Assembly: GCA_004022145.1 (NCBI GenBank)
Contig: RCNU01000012.1
DNA: 64,000 bases
Source of the DNA: Paecilomyces variotii
Lineage: Eukaryota
Reading direction: 5' to 3' (one strand)
Part shown: positions 14,908 through 30,263 of the stretch, one piece after another
Layout: the number at the start of each line of letters is the position of its first letter
Position numbering within the stretch: position 1 is the first letter of the stretch
Notes under the pieces: generated by a model
Database searches by the model: none
Told to the model about the DNA's origin: nothing
What the model saw: only the letters and a program-made list of their open reading frames with translations
Program-made: the position numbers and the translations under genes

Positions 14908-15525
14908 AGTGAGGTCTGGGTCTGTTGGTCTATGAGCCGACCTTTATCCTTTCGGTGGACTCTTCTGTAGATAACTACGGAACGATAAGTCTCTATCACG
15001 AGTCCTCGTGGCGTTCCATTTTTCAGATTTTTTGGTGTGTGAGGTCTTGATAGACGGTCGAGTTATGTATGTCATACTTTGCATTGTACATAGTTACAGT
15101 TTTGTTTCGTCTCTCTGGAGTCGTTTGATTTTCTACTAGCACCATCTGCGTCACTACTCTCCTATATAGAAGATACCACTGTTCAACGACAAAATGTCTT
15201 TGCACATTTAGTGCTCCGTAAAAGGACGCTCTCTGCTCGACTCCCAAGTATTTCTTCCATTTGTGCTGCATATCTAATGAATCGCAGTTGTTAATGATCG
15301 GAGGACCGCCATTATGCATATGACCGTATATAGATAGGGTCTTGGCGTTGCACTCCGCCTTTTTAGCCCTGCGTCACGCGGGCGAGCATGGACCTGCAAC
15401 TCTCACGAGCAGAAGACGCTTGACTCTCCAGATTATTTAGATTCTGGGGTCGAGCGAGCCTTTTGCTCTTCAGTCATTACAACTGTTTATCCGCCCGATG
15501 GGAACTTGATTGTGTCAGCATAGTG

Positions 15526-16961
15526 ATGGCACCCGTGCCGGAATACGAGCCGCTTCGTGATGAAGCGCAGGTCGACGACGACGAGGACGATGTGTCTATC
15601 AGCGATGGCGAGAGCACACAGCCCACTTCCAGCTTCTCATGGCTAGAATACTCTATCTTTCTGCTGCTGGGTATAGCTATGCTGTGGGCTTGGTACGTTT
15701 TTCCCTTACTCTTCAACTCACCGCTTCACCCAGCATCCTAGTATGGGACTTCTTGATAAGATCTTAGTTTCGACTAACATGAATCTCGAATAGGAACATG
15801 TTCCTTGCTGCTGCTCCCTATTTCCAACATCGATTCCAGTCTAGCGAATGGGCCTCTGCACATTTCCAATCCTCCATCCTTTCCGTCTCTACAGTGACGA
15901 ACCTTGGGTCCGTGATTGTACTAGCTAAATCACAACGCAACGCTTCATACGAAAGTCGAATATCGTTATCACTCACCATAAACGTGGTGGTATTCACTCT
16001 CCTGGCATTTTCAGTGTTGGCCAGAAATGCATCGGTGGGAGCCTATTTCTTCTTCTTGATGGTCATGGTGTTCGGGGCAAGTCTCGCTACGGGTATCAAT
16101 CAGAATGGCGTTTTCGCATATGTCTCTCGATTCGGACGTGAGGAGTACGTCCAGGCTATCATGGCCGGTCAGGGCGTCGCTGGTGTCTTTCCCTGTATTG
16201 TACAGATCGTTTCGGTCCTCGCGGTACCAGAAAGGAAACAAGGACCACCAGGCGCGGGCGAGCAGGAATCGCCCAAATCCGCTTTTGCATATTTCATCAC
16301 CGCTTCATTAATAGCTGCAGTGACACTGGCAGCATTTTGCTACCTCGCAAGACAACAATCTCGCCATGGCCCAAAGCTAGTCCCCGACGATGAGCCTGAA
16401 CCGGATCTCACCGGCCACAAGACCGTCGGACTCTGGGCCCTCTTCAGAAAGCTCCATTGGATGGCACTTGCTATTTTCCTCTGTTTTGCTCTCACGATGG
16501 TATTTCCCGTTTTCACGGAAAAAATCAAGTCTGTTCGCGATCCAGCTTCTGCCCCTCGATTATTCCAACCAGCCATCTTTATCCCACTTGCTTTCCTGAT
16601 CTGGAATCTGGGCGATCTCCTTGGTCGAATGTCCGTTTTGCTTCCCAGCCTTTCACTTACGCATTATCCTTGGGCGTTATTCGTCATTGCTGTTTCGCGT
16701 ATCATCGTCATCCCGCTTTATTTCTTATGCAATGTCCACGGAAATGGTGCTGTCGTGAACAGCGACGCGTTCTACCTCGCAGTGCAATTCCTCTTCGGAA
16801 TCGCCAACGGATACCTGGGGAGCAGTTGCATGATGGGTGCCGGACAGTGGGTTGCTGTCGAGGAGAGGGAAGCTGCCGGTGGATTCATGACATTGATGCT
16901 TGTAGGAGGGTTGACGGTGGGTAGTCTGCTTAGCTTTTTGGCTTCGTCTGCATCTACATGA
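15526..16961 (+). CDS. Equilibrative nucleoside transporter (Fun26-like)
   Basis: LLGIAMLWAW|NMFLAA, GQGVAG, TMVFP, WNLGDLLGR and FG.ANGYLGS ENT motifs, with many TM helices. Acidic N-terminus contains a YEPL sorting-type motif. One intron near 15693-15793. Confidence 0.92.
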
Positions 16962-17387
16962 TATAGATTTTTTTTAATGTTCCAGCCAGCATCTATCTAG
17001 AAGGTCTGATCAATCACATGGCCTTGGCTGTTGAAGTTACTTCATAAGACTCTAGAGATCAGATAGGAAGTATCCCAATAGACATGCACGCATAGTGCCG
17101 ATATCCGTTATGCAGATAATCTATACGGGTAGGCTTCATGTTTTATTTGTCTGTCATTAAGTTGCAGTATGCACTAATATATATTATATGAAAATGGCCT
17201 CTGCCCCTAAATAGTATAAAATGCAGTGACCAACCTACACAGTACTCCTGCTGTTGTTGGAATATATCCCCATAATAGACGCCAAACACCATCCTATCTC
17301 TATATCCCTCTTATCCTGATCCATAAAATAACCCACACCAGCGCCAATCTGTGAAAGAATCACTCCGGTACGCCCTCTCCAGACGAT

Positions 17388-19550
17388 TCATGCATTGAAA
17401 AAATCCTTCTCGTCAAGCCATTGTGAGTCAATGGCATATGCAACGAGGTCAGCTGCACAACACATGTCTTCATGGCCGTTCTCGAGATCAAGAAGCTCGA
17501 GGGCCCGATCGAGTCTGGAGGAAAGCGTCTGTTCGACTTTCTTCGAGGGCCCCTCCTCATTGTTAATGTTCATCTGTTCCTCATTTTCCAGGTCGGTGGC
17601 TAGGACCTTTGTCTTCTTCTTTCCTGATTGTGATTTCGCCGTCGGCTTTGGTTTAATGTTCTTGTTCACGTTTCCTGAGGCCACTCCCAAAGGCTGTCTC
17701 CGCGGAGCTTGGGACTGCTTCTCTTGATTATCCTTTTTATGTTTGAGGAGGTTCTTCAACAGGAAGAGAAGCCAGATGAGATTCGTCCTCGGTGTGTATT
17801 CCGACCAGATGCCAGGAATGTCTTCCGGCTTTTCCTGATCAAGAGGGTCACCCTTATAGACTTCACCACGCATACTGTGGGATTTCTGTTAGAAGCTGTG
17901 CTGTCAAGTACAATGGCAAAACTTACTATCTGTATGTATTTCGCAGAAGCTTCTCATCCTCGTCCACGCCAACAGCATCGAAGATTTGCTTCTTGTCAAG
18001 ATCGGTCGAAGCGATCTCCGGCTGCTCGTCTGGATTCTCGCTGTACCTGAGCTCAGCTCGAGAAAGCGTATAGTCGATAATCGTCGTCTCTAAGCAACTG
18101 AGCCCAAAACCACTTGATGACTCTAGGACTTTGCTGTCCACGGATGAGGGTGGCTCCATGGAGCCGTCCTGCCGGGTCGTCCGAAGACAGACATTGCCAA
18201 GATGGAGATCTCGATGCTTTTGAATGGCGTCAGTGAACTTGAGCTTGGTATGGTACAGAGGTGACTTACCTCGAATCTTGCGTATTCTTCAGCTCTTGCG
18301 AGTGCCATTGCAACGCCCCAGAATATATCGTATATCTGAAAGACGGACGACCACTTGAACTTTTCCAGCTCGCAGCCAGCATCATCCATCTCCAGAATCG
18401 CCCACAGCTGCTTATCAGGGTACGCCTTTTTATCCGCGGGGTTTGGATTCCAGCAATCATCCTTGGTCTGCGAATATATGTCCCATGCAGCTTGGAAAGG
18501 TCCCGGGAACCGTCCCTGAACAACGTGTATTTCTCTGAACCTCGCGAATCCAGGGATAGGATCCAGATATTTCAACAGCTTGACCTCCGATGCGATCTCG
18601 TCGATGCTAGTAAACTTCCTCGAACCGGGTCCCGTTTTAGCCCGAAGCGGCACAATCTTGAACACGCCGTCGCCGTATGCTCGCAGCTTCGCAAGCTTGG
18701 ATTTTGACATCTGTTGCTTGCAGGCGTCTTCTCTGATGCGAAGCTTGTATACTTCTCCATATGAGCCCTCAGCTATCTTGACAACGTCGAAGACGTCCCC
18801 TGTCCTTGCAGCCCACGAATCGAATTTCTGAACGCCTTGAGAAGCAATGGGAGACATAGCCTCGTCGAGAATAGGACGGACATATGCGTTTGTCTTCTCA
18901 TCCTTGATACAGCTCGATGATAGCCGCGGTCTGGACTTCTTTTTCGTCTGATCTTTTGTCACCACCTTCGTATTAGATGTTGAAGTGTCTTTCGCTGGCT
19001 CTTCTTCCTGAGCGCTGCAGGCTGGCTTCACCGGTAACCGAACTTCCGCCAAAACCTGCCACCTCCGCTTGGGCTTGGGCGTATGCTTGAGCGGAGTGGA
19101 TGCGATATGCTCTCTTATCCTCTGTCGAACCTCTCCCACACTGTCACGCTTCTTGGTCGGTGTGCATATCGGGGATGACAGCTCTCCTCTCTTCACGTTA
19201 TCCTCTTCATATCGCTTGTCCTCGAGCGTAATCACCTCCATTGCTTCCACCAGTTCGTCGTCTTTATTTCCATTTTCTTCGACCACAGGATTGTCTTCAT
19301 CCTCCACATCGTCATCGAGCTTGACAGCCTCTAGCTTTGCCTGCATATCATCCAGCGCAGTCTCGCCGGCTTCAACGTCCGCGATCTTCTCTCGAAGCGG
19401 ACTGACATGCTCAAGGATGGCTCGCGGCGCATTGGCCTTTCTTTTCCCGTAGACTCTCTTCGGTGCGACTGTTCGTGTGCGTGTCTGTTTTTCTCTGCGA
19501 CCTTTTGTCGCGCGTGGCGTAGACAGAGGTGAGACGGGCGGCGAGAACAT
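17388..19550 (-). CDS. Haspin-family atypical protein kinase
   Basis: KIAEGSYGEVY, AEEYARFE|HRDLHLGNV and the haspin-specific IIDYTLSRA motif, then TYR.MR and W..YTPRTNLIWL. Two introns; disordered N-terminus. Confidence 0.92.
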
Positions 19551-20261
19551 TGCTCTAGTTATGCGAAAAGAAATGAGCGTCGTGGAAGAGTAAGAGGGAT
19601 ATCGTTTGCGCTAGCTGCTGGGTCGATCACCGATCGCAACTACTACACGGTCTGACATTCAAACTGTCGCGTGCTCTGATGGATCAATAAGGTAGTTGTC
19701 AAGCGTCAATCTATCTATCTGGTCCTAGGACTTAACGACGAAAAGACCGACCAGGCGGCGGGCCGGGCGTATTGATTTCCTCCCTATATAGGTATAGCGT
19801 GTATGGTTGCTGGGGCAAGAGAGTTCACTGGAGACTAGTACAAAAGAGGTTTAGTCTTTATCGACCTCGAGTATACAAATGAAGATATTCTTCTGTTACT
19901 ATTGAGCCAGTATCTTGTAAGTAAGCCTTTATCATGTTTCCTGAGCTCTATATAATCCTCCATGTTCTGTACCTTTCCCAGGTAGTTTCTCTATTATTGT
20001 CTTTCAGTCTCCACGGACGCATTTTCTCCCTCATAAAGCCATGTTCCCACCAAAGAAGAAATCCCTTGTCGAATGAATAACGTCGTCGTTCTAGGAGTAT
20101 GGGAAACAGCTGATAATTGATGACCAGGGACTCGGTCCCTTACTACGGGGCCGTAATATTATAGAGTAATCAAGCGAGTCAGACTTATATTCTCTAGCTA
20201 GACGCTTCAAAATATCATTAACTCCTCATTATGTGGTCCGATAGACATACTCTACTTAAGT

Positions 20262-21585
20262 CTAGGCCCTCTCTGTTCTGTTTTCCTGCTTTATCGTCTT
20301 GTCAAACTGCTCCTTGATGCCCTTAAACAACTTCAATATTCGACCACGATTATTCAAACCGCTGTTGCAGTACCAGTCTTCATCTAGCAGTAATTCTTCT
20401 AATCCAAGGCAGAACTCAGCCCAGTCAATCACAGGTCCTGCCTTAATAAGATCATCTACTTCAAATACAAGTTGAGGATTGCAGCGCGACTGCCAGTATG
20501 TATTAGGCAATATCCATCCAAAAGCAACCAAGATATTTCGCGTATCTTCAATCCTCTGCCGAGAATGAGGCTGTGATTGATAGATTGTGTCAATGATAAT
20601 CATTGCGATATCCAAGGGGAGATTAGCGGCTTTTGCTGGATGGCGATCAAGTCGCAGGTGGTTATAACTTCGAGTAACCCGCTCAGTCAGCTCTTGGATG
20701 TCAGGAATCCTAAGTGGGTTCGCTGGCCAGTGCACTGGACGTGACTTTTCATCATCCAATACTCGTATATTCATAGGTTTGGGAACATCTGACTGTCGCT
20801 TAAGCCAGTGTATGCCATCTTCATAGCAGCCATCCATTTCAGGATCGGGATCACCAGGAATATGTAATACCCAGCGTCCCCATTCTTCTTTATTCGCCTT
20901 CCAAAATTCCTCAATGACTTGGATGAAAAGCCTGAGATTCTGCTTGATAACATTATGTGCGATAAACCGGTCGAGAAGCAACCAACAGTGCACATGAATA
21001 GGATACCCAACGCGTTCTCCTGCCTCTCTATTCCAATCTGGCTCAAAAAGATTAGCCATATGGAACTCTACATTCCAGCGACGATCTTCTCTTATAGCTC
21101 CCCTATAAATCACAGCCCTGTTAGGATCGACTGGCGCCGGACGAGGGTACCACCCAAAATAGCCATGAGATATCCCGGAAATTTGCAGTTTGTTCGTTTT
21201 CGGGTCATCGAGAACTAAAAGAAAATATGATGGCATATAATTTAGCTATGTAATAGCGTTTGCTTCTAATGAATGGCTAAAAGAAAACAATAGTTGATAG
21301 GGAAAGGGGCAGATCTTAACTTGTTCGGTGGAAGCATAACCATTGGGGAGGGTTCTTTCTGAACTCTACATTTTCAAAATCAGTGGCAGGAACGATTAGG
21401 CTTCTGCTTGCTAGACGTCGTGATGGCCTTTTGCGTCGCTGTAGTTTCTCGGCCATCGCTTTCCAATCCTCACGTTCGTGCGTTACATTGGGATCATCCG
21501 CGTCCGTCGGAATCTTGAGTCCACATAATACACAACAATGGGTCGGATCCCACCGTTTGGGGAGATGAAATCGGTCTATAGGCAT
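20262..21585 (-). CDS. Hypothetical protein with Cys/His N-terminal motifs and an F-box-like segment
   Basis: ORFs 21316-21585 and 20262-21236 join through intron 21215-21320 (GTTAAG...TTTTAG), giving ...WLCFHRTILDDP.... Motifs CCVLCG, GYPIHVHCW, LPLDIAMIII (F-box-like), YWQSR, IDW and GLNNRGRI. Confidence 0.7.
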
Positions 21586-24500
21586 CTTGTCGTTTGCATT
21601 AAGTATAGTATGGAATAGCCGAGAGAGTGACAGCTAAGGGTTTTCGTTAAAAGAAATATCAAGCACTGCTTTAATGATGTCATGCTGATCTGCTCATAAT
21701 AAGAAATGCTTTAGGTGCCAGGCAAACGTTTCATCGCACTTGCTCATAAGTTCATAATCGCAGATGATGGGCCGGTTGCAGACTCGGTTAGCGGGCTACT
21801 CATTTATGATCGTACGCCATTTGTGGTAATGCATGTATGGCATCAAAGCTTCGGTCAAAGAATTACTTCGATGGAGGTATGTCCTTGTAACATGTCTGTC
21901 GCAAATATGGAACTGTCTGGCTCAGTATTTAGACCAACGAACGCAACGCGTAGACGGGAATTCCATATGCCTTGACACAGGATGATGAATTTGAAGGCTA
22001 TCAGTCCCCTACTAGGAAATTTCACTTGATAATGAAAAATTGTCACATCGCGGCTAAAATTGACAAACAATAGTTCCGTTGTGTTCTGTTTCTCCCCCTA
22101 ACCCAGAGTCATGTAAAGGGTTTTCATTTCTTTGGCTGTGCAGCACTATGACATAGCCTTGTGTAGAACCAAAAATATCGAGCAACACCAAAGACAGACG
22201 TATGTTGCAGTTGGAGACTGACTACCACAGACGATCTACAATATTATTGTTATAGAACCCCGAGCCGCTTAGGGGGGTGGGGGGGGGGCGCCTCTCGGAT
22301 AAGCTAAGTTCTATATTTCTAATCCAATATGCTAGTTATTCGTTATTCTCTCTAGAACTTTAAGAAAGTTATCGAGAGATAATAGCCAGAGTAACAAGAG
22401 ACCGCTTATATCAGACATCGTTTATTATAGCAAAGGCACTACTTAATTATAAGATTGTTATCTATAGAGATAACAAAATGTCTAGTTTCGGATAAATACG
22501 CGCGTTTGAGGAATTTCACCAAATCAAAGTTTAGATGTCTGGATGTTTCTTCGGACGATGAGAATCGTGCCCACCATGTTTGTGAAGCTGGGGTTTGGGC
22601 TTTGATCACTGCCAGCCCATCCTGTCTGGAATATCTTATTGTGGCGGTTGGCGCAGAGTTCGTTGTTGAGGCGTATTGGCTTGACCTTGGGATGTTGTCT
22701 CGCTGTGGGGCATTGCATTTTGTAGAAGTAGAGGATACAGGGATTGATTCCTCAGTAGTTCGACTGAGAACTACAGGCGAAGAGAATGACAATAAACGCG
22801 GTGAAGATACTAATCTACCGGCCTTTTTAAGCCTTGAGTTATTAAGCAGAGCTCCAAGATATAGCAAAGAGGGGTTGAAGGATAGTTCTATAAACCCCGA
22901 AATCTACTACGACTATTCTACGAGTCGTCTTCACAGTTGTCTATAATTTGTTTCAGAGAACATTTAACATAGGCCATAGATAGACTGCCAAACAAAGATA
23001 GATATCTTAAAGTCACCGCCATTTCTCGTTTCTACGTGAGCGAATAGATGTAACATACCCGTTTGACATCTTGCTCGGGGACGGCTTTAGAGGTGAGGAT
23101 AGCGGCAGTTCTAGTCGCCCTCATCGTCTTGTGAAAGAGCATGTACCATATATAAGCTAGTTAGATCCCGACAGGGCTGTCAATAAATCTGATCTATATG
23201 ACTCAAGAGTAGCGGTGAATCGTGATGTATGATTCCATGTCGATCTTCGACGCCCTTCAATGGCTTATCCCAGTGCAAAACACTTGAGTGGCGTACTTTC
23301 AGGGGGGTCTCTTTTGAGATTTGGAAACAACGTCGGCTTCTCAGGTAATATCCATGGAAGCTACGTATCGGCCTCTGTCCAGTCTTTGCTCGCGAATTCC
23401 TCGTGGTCTGTATACCCCTGCAAAACTTTGCATTGACGCGGACGCGCTGGGCTAAGGCAGCGAGAGACAGCAGAAAGCTAATCGCGTTTTCAGCTGGCGG
23501 ATCTACTCCGTATGTGGATTTCTCGCTTTTACCCAGCGTCTCAAATGACCGGCATCGATGGTGATGCTGTTTGTTAGCCCTCCCGGGACAACCTCTTGTC
23601 CCAGGCCCATACGAAGCGCTTCGACACATGTGGGACGAGGGACGAGAGACGAGGGAAGAATACATGGACCAGACGCAAATTGACCCTGAGGAAGATACTC
23701 TACAAACAAACAACATGCACATTGGCTGGGATAGAAAGTCGTACGAAATGCTTTGTAGCAAACGGTAAGGGAGGTCCGTGAGACCTGCTAGGACTGATTG
23801 AATATTAATGACTCATTTATTGAAGGCGCATTGTAACTATTCGACTCGGCTATTCTTTCCAAGGACTTTGGGGTTTCTAGCAATTTGCAGCCTTCTCATC
23901 GAAGTGGAAGGTGCTAGAGTTGGAAGATCCCCTGCGCTAGTCTATACTCGCGTCTCTGGATTAAGGCGGGAGGGACAAAAATGGCTGTGCAAGCGTTTTT
24001 TTCTTTTGTTTTTGGTAGAATCTCAGGACGCGATGTCAAACAGCGGGTCTGCAGGAGGCTGAATTAAGTTTCGAGCGTTAAAGACGAGCATATATTATTG
24101 ACATGGATTAACATCATCCCTAATTTAGCTGGCGGAGACTTCAGATGGCGTTTGGACCAATGAAGAGGTGGTCAATGCAACGCGACGTCAGGGATAGATT
24201 GCCCTAGGCTTCAGGCGAGGTAAAAGAGAGGATAACTTGAGTCCGCGCGAGAGGCATCGTGTGGTTAGCTCACAATTCATGGGGAGTGTCTCTTTGCAAT
24301 GTAAACTGCTCTAGATATCCAAAGTATATCGAGAGTGACCATGTTGTAGGGACATCTGACCTGGTCAGGAGAAACAACATTATTATCATGCCGCGTCTTA
24401 AACTTTCCAACCTTCTTCTGTCGCGCAAGACCCACGGCCGTTTCGGAGAATTAGTGGGAGTCTGGAGAGGTGAGTGCTTCCTCACGAGTAGCAATAATAA

Positions 24501-25559
24501 TCGTATCACCGTGCGGGGACGGCTTGACCGCTTGGAGCCAGAGGCACTCTCGTATGGTATAATCTAGGGTCCAGTTGCTGGGATCCTGTAGGCAGGGCTT
24601 GAACGTATCTAAACATTGCTCATGTGGACATTGTTCTCGGAAAAGACAATAATGCAATTGTTGATCGCGCGACCTTCCGTGTGCGGCGCTTGGGAGGAAG
24701 TTCCACCAGACCAGCCCTGGATAAGTTATCTGCTGTAACTATCTGTACCATAGTTATCATCTAATAGCATAGCTTCATCGATCAGATTGTGTTTCCATGT
24801 TCGCAGGAGGCCAGAGCATCCGCCACCATTGTCACGGATGAGCCGATCTAACGATTAGTTAAGTACCTGACAGTCATGATATTGACGCTGTGGGTAAACA
24901 CAACAACGGCGACTAACGCACCCTTATGCAGGCGATGCACAACCCTCAGGAAGCCTCGAGCACGATCAGATGGATCGCAGTCCGTAGATAAATAATAATA
25001 AGAGTAACTAACGAATCGACCATAAATAATAAAGCAGCTTCGAGAAGACGGGTCAAACTTCACGGGGGGCAAGTTTGGTGGATCGGGCGGCGCAGTGACG
25101 TACCGCGAGAAAGACCATAAAAAGTTCCCTTTCCTATCTTTCCCGTGCCGGCTTCCCCGTGTGAAAATTTCCCCCTTTCGTTCCGGCTAGGCTAATAATA
25201 ATAATCCTGCTGTCTTTACCACGGATCTCTGCCTGTCAAAGAGACAGACTCGTCCAGGCACCGTCGCATTCACTAAATTATATTGTGTGTGGTCGACTGT
25301 CTCCGATCTATTTACCATCTGTGGCCTGGAGTCGCAGTGTCCGTGTGTTGTCGGAAGACATCGTCTGTCACGGGGTCGATACGCACATCTTCGGAGGCAC
25401 GCGATCCAACAGCCGCGGTCTTTATCATCGCCCTTGTTCCTCCTCTTTTCCGCTCCGTCATTCTCTCGTTGCGCTCGACAACCGTCGCCGTCCAGAACAC
25501 GGGCCATCGAACAAGATTTTCTCGCGCTTGAGGTGTATACAGCAGTCGTCTGAACCTGA

Positions 25560-27353
<1,794 letters not shown>

Positions 27354-28016
27354 GCTGACGCTGTGGGTATTCACCGAATTTATATTCGGGCTTCGAAGAG
27401 CCCCTTCTTACCGTGGTCGGTCTTATTCGAAGCCGACTCTAAAAACTAATGACTTATGAATTTTTAATGTCTGGAAGCGTCTTTTATCGGAAGCCTGGAG
27501 TTTCGTGTGTATCAATATTTACGTGGCATTACCCACTGCTTTGTGGTTTGCGTGTTGGATATACGGTAACTCCTTTGCCATTCGCTGCAGCTTTTTTTCT
27601 TTCTTTCATCGATTGATCTTTTCTAGCGCAGGGAATGTTTTTGGATTGGAGGAAAAGCTGGATCTGTATATTTTTCTGTCATTTACTGCCCTGAGAACTC
27701 TCAACTTCCTTCTTCTAAGCTAATGCTACAAGTCGTTCCTTTTATCGTTCAAGTGTAGACAAATTCCTGAACTGGTAAATCAAACACGACAATAGAATGG
27801 AGAACCGTAAACATCTTTAATTAAATATTAAGCGTTCACCAGAGCCTGGAGCGCACTGCGGGCCGCGTGCTCGGCATTAGCCTGGCCTCCGCAAAGCTTC
27901 CACTAGCTCGATCGGACATAAACCTCCGGACTCTTCGCTTCTGTTCTCCTCCGTCCAGAGCCACGTCGCAACATCCCCAGACTGGGAATTGGATTGGAGA
28001 GGGAGATATTATCATC

Positions 28017-29505
28017 ATGGCTGGCGTGTTCAAGAACATATTTGGTGGAGCGTCTCCATCGCCTGCTCCAGCCAAGGTCGACGATGGTTAGTTTGTACTT
28101 CCCTTGCGATCTCAATCGTCTCGCTTCGACAGCTCACTGACTTTCCTCCCCATCGCAGATTTCGCGGATTTTGGCGGTGCTCCAGACCCATCGCCTGTTT
28201 CGATCGTCGCTGAACCGTCCGCTGCAACATCTACTGCTCAATTGGGTGCGCAGACCACTGGCGCAGCTCCTGTGCCGTTCACAAAATGGTACCGCGTGTG
28301 GGAGCGCACGTCCCCCTCAGATTTCAAGCAGGAGGCCATGATCTTGCCATTCATTCTCCTGATCATTATTTTCCATCTCTGGGGCACGAAAAAGAACAGG
28401 CGCAAGGCCAAGGCCTGGGCGCAGGCCCATGCTCCTGTTCTCCAGAACGAGTTCGCCGCGGTGGGATTCGGAGGTGTAAGTCCACCTGATAATGCGGGAT
28501 GGGTTCACGCTGACAGGTCCGCTTTCCAGGTTTCGTCGTCTGAGTTGGTCTCCCCGGACTCTATTCTGAGGGAGAACTCCCCTCAGGAATTCGCTTCGTA
28601 TGCGACGGGCAGACAGAACGTTGCCTTCTTGGACCTTACCCTCAAGCTGGTCAAGCGCTACAACCCGGTTATTTTCTTGATGGACCACATCCTTAGCATC
28701 TTCTTCGAAAGCTGGCCGGCCCCTGTTGAGAGGGTTGAGGCTGTTGCGTATGCGTTCGATGGAAAAGAGAAGGAATTGGTGCCTGTCCCCGCTGGCGACA
28801 CTGGCGCTCTCAAGGTCCAGAACTCGTCCTACGACCCTTTCATCTGGGCTGTTGTGCACAAGAACACCATGCGCAAGCTGCGTCAGGACCGCTACGATGT
28901 CTCTATGACCCAAACCAAGGACAACGCCAAGCTCCCCAGCTGGGTTACCGTGATGAGCGAGAGTGCCGAGGTCACTGACACTCTGCTTACCCCGGAGCTT
29001 ATAAAGGCTATTGAGCAGGCCGATGATGCATTTGAGTATCTGATCATCTCGGACCAGCCCATCGAGAAGCCGGCCAAGTATGTCACTGTTTTGTCGTGAT
29101 TATGGGTTAAGTGTGACGCTAACAAGTTTCCATAGGATTGAGGAGACTGTCCCTAGGAAGCGTCTCCAACTCTCTCTCCGCATCCCGTCATCTGGCTACG
29201 AGTCGACTCTCCCTCTCTTCCAGCTATTCGTGCGTCTGCCTGATGTCCTCGTGGCGTCGGCCCACTGGCGCCCTGAAGTTCTGCGCAAGATTCGTAACGC
29301 TCGCGAGGAGGAAATCAAGAAACTGCGCCGTGCTGACGAGGAAGAGAAGGCTGAAGAGCGTAAGCTTGCCGCTGAGAAGCTGAAGAAAGAGGAACGCGAG
29401 CGTCTTCTGCGCTCCATGAGCGCCGAGGAGCAACGCAAGTTCCTTGAGCGTGAAAAGGAGAAGGAGCAGAGACGCACCATGAAGAGGAACACTCGCAAAG
29501 CGTAG
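28017..29505 (+). CDS. CCDC47/DUF1682 ER membrane protein (PAT complex subunit homologue)
   Basis: Single TM helix followed by KNRRKAKAW, YATGRQN, F.WAVVHK..MRKLR.DRYD and MSESAE motifs, and a charged coiled-coil tail (SAEEQRKFLEREKEK). Introns 28087-28158 and about 29078-29136, plus a probable intron at 28476-28529. Confidence 0.88.
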
Positions 29506-30263
29506 AAGCCTTGTACTTCGTTTTCTCTTCTTTCTGCTCTGCAGCTTGATGATATTAGGTCCATCATAATTCTTCTATGCGAGCTCATCGTTAGGGGACG
29601 GGGAAGACGCTTGGAGTGCGGGATTTACTCGGGTCCCTGTATCTATATTTTTGCATGTACCATCGAGGAGAAAAGAAAAAGAATAGATCGCAACATAAGT
29701 GGCTCTGCTCGCCTGTAGCAGAGCATCAGTGAGAAATCTGATATGAATGTCATATGATATATCTCTACAGCTTTTCTTGATATCACGGGCTGTATATATT
29801 TTCTGCACGACACTTGGTTTTGCATCCTCCTCATAACTAGAAAAAAGAAAAAGATATGATCTGTTTTCTCAAGTGTATATACCGGCGCTGTCATCCGGCC
29901 TCGTACACATATACACAATCTCAGATTATCGAATTGCACAGTATCTCGGGTCCGTTTCGGACAGTATCTCATCGTTCCATCAGAGGCAGGAGCTGTCCCT
30001 GAGTGAGTGCCAACAAGCATCGACATTTCAGTATCAAACAGCAACAACCCACCGCAAAAGCATCAACACGCGAAATTTCAGGAAAGCACGAGCATTAATC
30101 CAAGAAATATATCACCCCGACCGAAGTGTCTCTGCTCTTTCTTTTCCTTCATGCTTCATGCACTCACTCCCTTAGATTATATCGAGATTCAGTTGCGCAT
30201 ACCTTTTTGCTATTTTACTTCCCATTCTTATAAACCTTCCAGAACATATACCATCTTCCCTTC

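Noticed and set aside
22439..22946. Overlapping 142-163 aa ORFs on both strands
   Set aside because: Non-ATG starts and no recognisable domain.
23157..23761. Minus-strand 193-aa ORF and a second frame interrupted by TAG (23361) and TAA (23265), as a RIP-type pseudogene
   Set aside because: No recognisable motifs or codon bias, and the stop density is not convincingly below random.
24451..25072. Possible spliced gene divergent from MDM34 (one plausible GTGCGT...ACTAAT...TAG intron)
   Set aside because: It has no coherent ATG-initiated frame, needs an implausible 32-nt second intron and resembles no family I know.
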